A stretch of 60,670 bases of DNA, taken from assembly GCA_965364515.1 (NCBI GenBank), contig CBDTXZ010000001.1:1-60670 (forward strand), given 5' to 3'. The translations under genes were made by a program, and so were the position numbers. The DNA comes from an uncultured bacterium (GTDB lineage: Bacteria > Actinomycetota > Acidimicrobiia > Spongiisociales > ZC4RG35). Positions 19,476-26,134 of the stretch are shown here, piece by piece. Below the pieces are notes generated by a model. The model searched no databases. It was not told the origin of the DNA and was given only the letters and a program-made list of their open reading frames with translations. How positions within the stretch are numbered: the stretch's first letter is position 1; each line of letters begins with the position of its first letter.

Positions 19476-19828
19476 TGGCAGTGTCCAAGCACGCATCACG
19501 CCGGCGTCGCCATCGCCGTGTGCGCAAGCACCTGGCGGGCACGCAGAGCCGCCCCCGCCTGGCGGTGTATCGGTCGAACCGATACATCTACGCCCAGGTG
19601 ATCGACGACGACACCGGACGCACGCTCGCGGCTGCGTCTTCTCAGGAGAAGGATCTCCGCTCGAAGACGCTGTCCGCCGACACCGCAACGGAGGTCGGCA
19701 AGCTCGTCGCAGAGCGGGCGAAGGACGCCGGTATCTCGGCGGTCGTCTTCGACAGGGGCGGCTACAAGTATCACGGTCGGATCAAGGCACTCGCCGATGC
19801 GGCCCGCGAAGCAGGGTTGGAGTTCTGA
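19472..19828 (+). CDS. rplR: 50S ribosomal protein L18
   Basis: [35 protein letters not shown] motif. Confidence 0.97.
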   Translation: MMAVSKHASRRRRHRRVRKHLAGTQSRPRLAVYRSNRYIYAQVIDDDTGRTLAAASSQEKDLRSKTLSADTATEVGKLVAERAKDAGISAVVFDRGGYKYHGRIKALADAAREAGLEF

Positions 19829-20379
19829 TGGCGAGAGACGAACAAAATCAATTCGACGAGAGAGTCATCCAGATCAATCGCGTCGCGAAGGTCGTGAAGG
19901 GTGGACGCCGGTTCTCCTTCACCGCCCTCGTCGTCGTGGGTGACGGTGCCGGCAAGGTCGGCATCGGTTACGGGAAGGCCAAAGAGGTCCCGGCCGCCAT
20001 CCAGAAGGGCATGGAGATCGCACGCAAGTCGATGACACTGATCCCCATGGCCGGCCAGACGATCGTTCACACCCACATCGGACGCCATGACGCCTCCAAG
20101 GTGCTCATCAAGCCGGCCGCCCCCGGTACCGGGGTCATCGCCGGCGGCGCCGTCCGGCAGATCCTCGAGGCGGCGGGCGTCAAGGACGCCCTCGCCAAGT
20201 CGATGGGCTCGGGAACGCACCTCAACGTGGCTCGCGCCACGATGGAAGCGCTCACAGGCCAGCGTCGTCCGGACGAGGTCGCCAAGCTCCGTGGCAAGCA
20301 GGCCGACGACATCATCCCTCCGGGACTGCTCGCCGCCTATCGCGGCACCGAGTCGGTTCGCGCCGCGTCGAACAACTGA
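19828..20379 (+). CDS. rpsE: 30S ribosomal protein S5
   Basis: ATG 19828 overlaps the rplR stop. [27 protein letters not shown] motif. Confidence 0.97.
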   Translation: MARDEQNQFDERVIQINRVAKVVKGGRRFSFTALVVVGDGAGKVGIGYGKAKEVPAAIQKGMEIARKSMTLIPMAGQTIVHTHIGRHDASKVLIKPAAPGTGVIAGGAVRQILEAAGVKDALAKSMGSGTHLNVARATMEALTGQRRPDEVAKLRGKQADDIIPPGLLAAYRGTESVRAASNN

Positions 20380-20389
20380 GAGGTCGCTC

Positions 20390-20572
20390 ATGGCAGAGAA
20401 ACTCATCGTGACGCTGAAGCGGAGCACCATCGGAGAGAAGCCCAAGACCCGGGCGAACGTTCGGGCGCTCGGCTTGCGCAAGCTCCATCACAGCGTCGAG
20501 CACAACGACACCCCCGATGTCCGCGGCATGTTGCACAAAGTGCGACATCTCGTGGAGGTCGAAGAGAAGTAG
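20390..20572 (+). CDS. rpmD: 50S ribosomal protein L30
   Basis: ATG 20390 preceded by GAGG. KLIVTLKRSTIGEKPKTRANVRALGLRK motif. Confidence 0.95.
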   Translation: MAEKLIVTLKRSTIGEKPKTRANVRALGLRKLHHSVEHNDTPDVRGMLHKVRHLVEVEEK

Positions 20573-20574
20573 TC

Positions 20575-20619
20575 CGTCTCACGTCACACGTCTCACGTCA
20601 CAATCGTGGGGAGTGGGGC
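20575..20619. repeat. Heptad arrays in the rpmD-rplO spacer: (CGTCTCA CGTCACA) x2 followed by GTGGGGA GTGGGGC
   Basis: Read directly. The 14-nt unit is repeated exactly at 20575-20588 and 20589-20602. The array starts 2 nt after the rpmD stop. Confidence 0.9.
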
Positions 20620-20644
20620 TGGACGCGAGAGCTGAGGAACTGAT

Positions 20645-21112
20645 ATGGCAGACAATGAGAGAGAGCAGCTGAGGCTTCATCACCTCGCGCCGGCTCCCGG
20701 ATCGAAGCGGTCCAAGACACGCGTCGGTCGTGGAGAGTCGGGCAAGCGGGGCAAGACGGCCGGCCGCGGAACCAAGGGCCTGAAGGCCCGCAGCAAGGTT
20801 CGTCCAGGGTTCGAAGGCGGGCAGATGCCGCTCATCCGCCGCATCCCCAAGCTGGGTGGATTCAAGAACCCCAACAAGGAGATCTTTGCGATCGTCAACG
20901 TGGGAGTGCTCGAGGACACCTTCGAAGCCGGCGCCACCGTGACTCCCGAAGACCTCCGCAATCGGGGGCTGATCAAGCACCGTGGCCGCATGAAGGTGCT
21001 CGCCGAAGGCGAGCTGTCGAAGTCGCTCACCGTGCGCACACACGCCATCAGCGGTGGCGCCCGTTCGAAGATCGAATCGGCCGGCGGCACCGTCGAGCTG
21101 ATCGAGTCCTGA
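20645..21112 (+). CDS. rplO: 50S ribosomal protein L15
   Basis: LHHLAPAPGSKRSKTRVGRGESGKRGKTAGRGTKG motif. Confidence 0.97.
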   Translation: MADNEREQLRLHHLAPAPGSKRSKTRVGRGESGKRGKTAGRGTKGLKARSKVRPGFEGGQMPLIRRIPKLGGFKNPNKEIFAIVNVGVLEDTFEAGATVTPEDLRNRGLIKHRGRMKVLAEGELSKSLTVRTHAISGGARSKIESAGGTVELIES

Positions 21113-21202
21113 GGTGCGCCGTCACCTTCGAACCTGCCTCATCGAGGCGGTTGTCGAGGGTGACGGGTACCCTTCCATCTGTTCCCGAACCCATCTGAGG
21201 CC

Positions 21203-22522
21203 ATGAACGTCTTTTCCATCTATCGCCACATGTTTGCGGTGCCGGATCTTCGTCGGAAGATCCTGTTCACGCTCTTCATCTTCGCCGTCTATCGCCTCGG
21301 AGCCGCCATCCCGGTGCCGGGTGTGGACCTCGACCGGGTGAGGTTGGTTCAGGAACAGCAATCGGCCGGTGGTATCTACGGTCTCCTCAACCTGTTCTCC
21401 GGTGGAGCGCTCGAGCAGTTCTCGGTGTTTGCGCTCGGCATCCTGCCGTACATCACGGCGTCGATCATCATGCAGTTGCTGACGGTCGTCATCCCGAAGC
21501 TCGCGCAGCTTCAGGAAGAGGGTGAGGCGGGTCGCAAGGTCATCACTCAATGGACTCGGTATCTCACCGTCATCCTCGCTTTGATCCAGTCCACCGGGTT
21601 CACGTTCTTGTTCAACACGGGGCAGTTCACCAACGGCATCTCTCTGATCCCGGAGTACACGCCCGGCCGGGTGTCGCTCATCGTGCTCACCATGACCGCC
21701 GGTACCGCATTTGTCATGTGGCTCGGCGAGCTGATCACCCAGCGCGGCGTCGGGAACGGCATGTCGCTGCTCATCTTCATCTCGATCATCAGCCAGTTCC
21801 CGTTCGTGTTCGGTCAGATCTGGGGACAGACCGCAGCTGCAGAGCTGTGGGGCCGATTCATCACGATCATGCTGATCTTCGTGCTGATGATCGTCGCGAT
21901 CATCTACATGGACCAGGCGCAGCGGCGGATCCCCGTCCAGTTCGCCAAGCGGGTCCGAGGCCGGCGTGTCATGGGAGGTCAGTCGACCTACATCCCGATC
22001 AAGGTCAACACGGCCGGTGTCATCCCCGTGATCTTCGCCACATCGATCCTGCTGTTCCCCGCTCTGATCGTGACGGCGATCCCGTCGGACGGCCGCTTCA
22101 TCCAGCAGATGCGCACGTGGGTCGACACCAACCTCGGCGCTGGAGGCGGCGGTACCTCGATCTGGTACGTGATCGCGCTGTTCTTCCTGATCATCTTCTT
22201 CACGTACTTCTACACCGCCATCCAGTTCGACCCGGTTCGCCAGGCCGAGATGATCCAGCGGCAGGGTGGGTTCATCCCCGGCATCCGTCCGGGGCGTCAG
22301 ACCCAGCAGTACCTGCAGAACACGCTCAGCCGGATCACGCTGCCGGGGTCGCTCTTCCTGGCCATCATCTCCGTCCTTCCCGCGATCGCCGGTCTCGTGT
22401 GGGGCATTGCGATCAGCTTCTCGGGTGTCTCGATCCTCATCGTCGTGGGCGTCGCGCTCGAGACCATGAAGCAGATCGAATCCCAGCTGACCATGCGCAA
22501 CTACGAGGGGATCCTCACATGA
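21203..22522 (+). CDS. secY: Preprotein translocase subunit SecY
   Basis: 10-TM protein with LFSGGALEQFSVFALGILPYITASII and LGELITQRGVGNGMSLLIF motifs. Confidence 0.98.
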   Translation: MNVFSIYRHMFAVPDLRRKILFTLFIFAVYRLGAAIPVPGVDLDRVRLVQEQQSAGGIYGLLNLFSGGALEQFSVFALGILPYITASIIMQLLTVVIPKLAQLQEEGEAGRKVITQWTRYLTVILALIQSTGFTFLFNTGQFTNGISLIPEYTPGRVSLIVLTMTAGTAFVMWLGELITQRGVGNGMSLLIFISIISQFPFVFGQIWGQTAAAELWGRFITIMLIFVLMIVAIIYMDQAQRRIPVQFAKRVRGRRVMGGQSTYIPIKVNTAGVIPVIFATSILLFPALIVTAIPSDGRFIQQMRTWVDTNLGAGGGGTSIWYVIALFFLIIFFTYFYTAIQFDPVRQAEMIQRQGGFIPGIRPGRQTQQYLQNTLSRITLPGSLFLAIISVLPAIAGLVWGIAISFSGVSILIVVGVALETMKQIESQLTMRNYEGILT

Positions 22523-22599
22523 ACGCGTCACGCCCCACGCGTCACGCCTCACGCCAAGCGTGCTGCGTGCTGCGTGCTGCGTGCTGCGGGAGTGCAGCG
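22523..22599. repeat. Two-armed heptad element: five ACGCNNN heptads directly followed by four GCGTGCT heptads (inverted polarity)
   Basis: Read directly. ACGCGTC ACGCCCC ACGCGTC ACGCCTC ACGCCAA, then GCGTGCT x4, then GCGGGAG TGCAGCG. It begins at the first base after the secY stop and ends 2 nt before the adk ATG. Confidence 0.95.
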
Positions 22600-22601
22600 G
22601 C

Positions 22602-23141
22602 ATGAGACTCCTCTTCGTTGGACCCCCTGGAGCGGGAAAGGGAACACAGGCCGAACGCGTGGCGAACGCGCTCGACATCGCCCACGTCTCCACCGGCGAC
22701 ATGTTCCGTGCGCTCGATCCGAACACCGATCTGGGCAGGCGGGTGAATTCGATCATGGAGTCGGGCGGGTATGTGTCGGATGAGATCGTGATCGAGATGC
22801 TCCAGGGTCGGATCTCCGAGCCGGATGCGCAGAACGGTTACATCCTCGACGGGTTTCCCAGGACCACCGCGCAGGCCGCTGCCCTCGACGATTTTCTCGG
22901 AGAGGACGGTCTGGACCGGGTGGTGCTGTTCGAGGTCGATGAGGAGCAAGTCGTACAGCGCATGCTCGATCGTGGCCGAGCGGACGACACCGAGGAGACG
23001 ATCCGCACCAGGCTCGAGGTCTATCGCGAGCAGACGGAACCGCTCATCGAGCTCTACGAATCGCGCGACATCGTCACGCACATCGACGCGTCCGGCACCA
23101 TCGAGGACATCACGGCGCGGGTTCTGGCGTCTCTGGAGTAA
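22602..23141 (+). CDS. adk: Adenylate kinase (short-lid type)
   Basis: ATG 22602 (MRLLFVGPPGAGKGTQA). The upstream part of ORF 22560.. is translation of the repeat. Confidence 0.96.
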   Translation: MRLLFVGPPGAGKGTQAERVANALDIAHVSTGDMFRALDPNTDLGRRVNSIMESGGYVSDEIVIEMLQGRISEPDAQNGYILDGFPRTTAQAAALDDFLGEDGLDRVVLFEVDEEQVVQRMLDRGRADDTEETIRTRLEVYREQTEPLIELYESRDIVTHIDASGTIEDITARVLASLE

Positions 23142-23143
23142 GT

Positions 23144-23232
23144 GTGCTGTCAGCTATCAGCTATCAGCCATCAGCTCTACACCGCGCGAGGGAAGAAGCC
23201 GACAGCCGACAGCCGACAGCCGTCAGCTGCGG
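23144..23232. repeat. Two-armed heptad element: GCTNTCA-type heptads (23146-23180), a 17-nt spacer, then GCCGACA-type heptads (23198-23232)
   Basis: Read directly. TGTCAGC in the left arm pairs 6/7 with GCCGACA in the right arm. The head GTGCTGTCAGCTATCAG is identical to 24581-24597. Confidence 0.9.
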
Positions 23233-23247
23233 GACGGAGTCCCGCCC

Positions 23248-24030
23248 ATGATCACCATCAAGTCGGAGTCGGAGTTCGAGAAGATGATCGTGGCTGGGCG
23301 CGTCGTTGCCGAGGTGCACGCCGAGATCCGGAATGCCACCAAGGTCGGTGTCACACTCAAGCGACTCGATGAGATCGCCGAGAAGATCATCCGGGATCGA
23401 GGGTGCGAGCCGTCGTTCCTGCACTATCAGGGCACGTATCCGGCGTCGATCTGCGCCTCGCCCAACGACGTCATCGTCCATGGCATACCCACCGATTACA
23501 CGCTTCGTTCAGGCGACGTCATCGCAATCGACGTCGGGGCGATCTTCGAGGGGCTGCACGGCGATGCCGCCTTCACGATGGGCGTCGGTGACGTGTCACC
23601 ACAGGCGCAACGTCTCATCGATGTCACCGAAGAAGGCATGTGGGCAGGGATCGCCGAGGTCAAGCATGGTGCCCGAGTCGGGGACATCGGTGCCGCCGTC
23701 GAGGCGGTGGGGCGCCGCGAGGACTACGGCGTGGTGCGGGAGTATGTGGGGCATGGCATTGGTCGAGCGATGCACGAGGAGCCGCAGATCCCGAACTACG
23801 GCAGTCGGGGCAAGGGCATGAAGCTGCGCAAGGGGATGGCCATCTGCATCGAGCCGATGTTCAACCTGGGTACTGCTTCTTCGACAGTCGACGACGACAA
23901 CTGGACCGTCCGCACCGCCGACGGTCAGCTCTCGGCCCACTGGGAGCACACGATCGCCATCACCCGCAAGAACGGTGTGATCGTGACGACGCTCCCTGAA
24001 GGTGTCGAACCACCCATCCCGATCGGCTGA
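23248..24030 (+). CDS. map: Type I methionine aminopeptidase
   Basis: ATG 23248 (MITIKSESEFEKM...). Metal ligands in the DVIAIDVG, HGDAAFT, GHGIG and HWEHT contexts. Confidence 0.96.
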   Translation: MITIKSESEFEKMIVAGRVVAEVHAEIRNATKVGVTLKRLDEIAEKIIRDRGCEPSFLHYQGTYPASICASPNDVIVHGIPTDYTLRSGDVIAIDVGAIFEGLHGDAAFTMGVGDVSPQAQRLIDVTEEGMWAGIAEVKHGARVGDIGAAVEAVGRREDYGVVREYVGHGIGRAMHEEPQIPNYGSRGKGMKLRKGMAICIEPMFNLGTASSTVDDDNWTVRTADGQLSAHWEHTIAITRKNGVIVTTLPEGVEPPIPIG

Positions 24031-24109
24031 GCAACCCCGCTCTGCGGTATGCGCCCTGCGCTGTGCGTTTCGGTCGGCGCGGCCCGCTCGTCTGCATCGC
24101 CTGTGCGTG

Positions 24110-24145
24110 CGCATTGCGCATATCGCATTGCCGCATTCCGCACAC
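24110..24145. repeat. Degenerate CGCA[TC]NN heptad array (five units, one 1-nt slip)
   Basis: CGCATTG CGCATAT CGCATTG c CGCATTC CGCACAC, read directly in the map-downstream spacer. Confidence 0.7.
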
Positions 24146-24146
24146 G

Positions 24147-24626
24147 ATGGCAGATTCCGTCACCGACCACTCAAACCTGTCGGTGCACGGACGATGCGCA
24201 GGGAACGTGGCCGACTCGAGCTTCCTCGAGCGCACGGTCGGTCGAGCACCCGAGGTCGATGGGTCGCCCGCCGAATCCGCCGGCCGCTGCGCCGACGTGA
24301 ATCAAAACGGACCGCACGGCGCAGCGATCGCCTGGCTTGCCGACCGCGGCATCACTCGAGGCTGCGACCAGTCACGTTTCTGCCCGGACCGGCCGGTGAC
24401 ACGTGGGCAGATGGCGGCCTTCCTCTCTCGGGTCTTCGGGAACGGGGCCGTGGTCGACGGTGGTGCCGCATTCACCGACGTCCCCGCTTCCTCACCCTTC
24501 CCCACTGGGATCTCGTGGCTCTCATCGACCGGCGTCCGGACGATGGGCGTGCGTGACGCGTTGGAATCCACGCAACGGCAGTGCTGTCAGCTATCAGTCG
24601 TCGGCGATCGGTCAGCTGACAGCTGA
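24147..24626 (+). CDS. SLH (S-layer homology) domain protein fragment, probably a gene remnant
   Basis: One complete SLH repeat (CADV..HGAAIAWLADRGITRG..FCPDRPVTRGQMAAFLSRV) and the start of a second (FTDVPASSPFPTGISWLSSTG). After that the frame runs into the heptad element at 24581. No signal peptide. Confidence 0.4.
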   Translation: MADSVTDHSNLSVHGRCAGNVADSSFLERTVGRAPEVDGSPAESAGRCADVNQNGPHGAAIAWLADRGITRGCDQSRFCPDRPVTRGQMAAFLSRVFGNGAVVDGGAAFTDVPASSPFPTGISWLSSTGVRTMGVRDALESTQRQCCQLSVVGDRSADS

Positions 24627-24649
24627 GAGCTGAAAGCCGACAGCACCCC
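24581..24649. repeat. Heptad element related to 23144-23232, with 11-nt terminal inverted repeats and a central 10-nt palindrome
   Basis: GTGCTGTCAGC at 24581-24591 matches the reverse complement of GCCGACAGCAC (24636-24646) at 10/11 positions. Central GTCAGCTGAC at 24611-24620. GCTGACA GCTGAGA GCTGAAA GCCGACA heptads. Confidence 0.85.
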
Positions 24650-24684
24650 TGGCACGAAGACGGGGAACCCGGGGAGCAGAGCGT

Positions 24685-25920
24685 TCAGTCCTTCTCGGCG
24701 AGTTTGCGGAAGCCGTCGTCGACGCGGCGGCCGTCCTTGTTGAGCAGATCGGAGGCTCGTCCGACGACGTCTCGTCCGAAGCGTGCGCGTGCTCGATCGA
24801 TCTGGCGGTCGATCTCGGCCTGGTGGTCGGCGGCGGCCGAGCCGGCGTGCGCAACGTCGCCGTTGTCGAGTGCCAGCTCCATCTGGACGGCGCCCTCGTC
24901 GGCGAGCTTCGACATGCTGATTCCGACCAGCGTGAGCGGTCCGTCGTGGTCGCCCCTGGCATCGTCCAGGAGGGACATGGCAGCCCGGTGGATTGCCGCA
25001 GTGGTGTTGAGGGGTGCATCGAACGTCAGGGCTCGAGTGGCGGACGTCATGTCGTCGAAGCGGACCCTGAGCGTGAAAGTCTTGCCGACCTTGTTCTTCT
25101 TGCGCATTCGCGACCCGACCCGGTCGGCGAGGTGGAGGAGCACACCACTCAGCTCCTCTGGATCGGTGAGGCCCCGTCCCAGTGCCGACTGAGCTCCGAT
25201 CGACTTCGCTCTTCGCGTCGTCTGAACCGGACGAGGGTCGCGATTCCAGGCGAGAGCGTGTAGATGGTGGCCGGCTCCGGGGCCGAGCCATCGAGACAGT
25301 GTCTCCACCGGCGTCGCTGCCAGCTCCCCGACGGTGGCGACACCGCGTTCTCCGAGTTTGCGCTCTGTCACGGGTCCCACACCCCAGATGGCCCTGACCG
25401 GGAGGGAGTGCAGCCAGGGGATCTCGTCGTCTGGATTCACCACCAGCAGCCCGTCCGGCTTCGCCGCGGCGGATGCGACCTTGGCGAGGAACTTGGAAGA
25501 TGCGACCCCGATGGAGATCGGCAGTCCGGTGTCGACACGCACCCGGTGGCGGATTTCTCTGGCGATCTCCGCCGGTGTGCCGAGCAGGTGGGTCGATCCG
25601 GACACGTCGAGAAACGCCTCGTCGATCGAGATCTGCTCGAGCAGCGGCGTGAAGTCCCTGAGGATCGCCATCACACGATCGGAGTAGTCGCTGTACTCGC
25701 TGAACGAGCCTGACACCACCACTGCATCCGGGCAGCGCTCGAGGGCACGGCGTACGTTCATCGGGGCGGAGATCCCGAAGGCCCGAGCCTCGTATGAGGC
25801 TGCCACGACCACTCCGCCGCCGACCAGGACGGGTCGACCGGCGAGCGTCGGATCGAGGATCTGTTCGACGGATGCGTAGAAGGCGTCCAGATCGCAGTGG
25901 AGGATCGGTGTGCCCGACAT
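24685..25920 (-). CDS. dinB: DNA polymerase IV (Y-family translesion polymerase)
   Basis: Start at ATG 25920 (MSGTPILHCDLDAFYASVEQ), then SIDEAFLDV. The upstream part of ORF ..26115 is not needed. Confidence 0.93.
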   Translation of the reverse strand: MSGTPILHCDLDAFYASVEQILDPTLAGRPVLVGGGVVVAASYEARAFGISAPMNVRRALERCPDAVVVSGSFSEYSDYSDRVMAILRDFTPLLEQISIDEAFLDVSGSTHLLGTPAEIAREIRHRVRVDTGLPISIGVASSKFLAKVASAAAKPDGLLVVNPDDEIPWLHSLPVRAIWGVGPVTERKLGERGVATVGELAATPVETLSRWLGPGAGHHLHALAWNRDPRPVQTTRRAKSIGAQSALGRGLTDPEELSGVLLHLADRVGSRMRKKNKVGKTFTLRVRFDDMTSATRALTFDAPLNTTAAIHRAAMSLLDDARGDHDGPLTLVGISMSKLADEGAVQMELALDNGDVAHAGSAAADHQAEIDRQIDRARARFGRDVVGRASDLLNKDGRRVDDGFRKLAEKD

Positions 25921-25932
25921 GCCTCGAGTGTA

Positions 25933-25948
25933 TAGAACACCTGTTCGG
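25933..25948 (-). promoter_or_regulatory. LexA operator (SOS/Cheo box) TAGAAC-ACCT-GTTCGG upstream of dinB
   Basis: GAAC-N4-GTTC palindrome 13 nt upstream of the dinB ATG. On the coding strand it abuts a TATACA -10-like hexamer. Confidence 0.65.
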
Positions 25949-26134
25949 TGCGAGGTGTCCTTGCGTCCGTGTCGTGTCGTTTCGACACCGCACGATCGGA
26001 CTAGACACACGGCACTTGTCTGAGATAGCCCAAAGGTTTTCGCCGAATCCTGCCGAAGGAGGCATGTTCGAGAAGCAACCGTTTCCGACCCCGGTTGCTT
26101 CATTTGCAGGGCCACGGGTCGACAGGATCAATCG

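Noticed and set aside
21113-21202. tRNA-like TTCGAACC (T-loop-like) motif and hairpin between rplO and secY
   Set aside because: The flanking bases do not form a T-stem, and no acceptor or anticodon arms could be built. It is more likely a simple intercistronic hairpin (CGTCACCTTCGA / TCGAGGGTGACG).
21122-22756. 544-aa minus-strand ORF opposite secY
   Set aside because: It is antisense to secY. The product is rich in Asp/Arg/Glu with no TM segments or motifs. It is an artefact of GC bias.
24587-26131. 514-aa alternative minus-strand frame overlapping dinB
   Set aside because: The product is Arg/Pro-rich. The neighbouring frame (24685..25920) carries the Y-family polymerase motifs.
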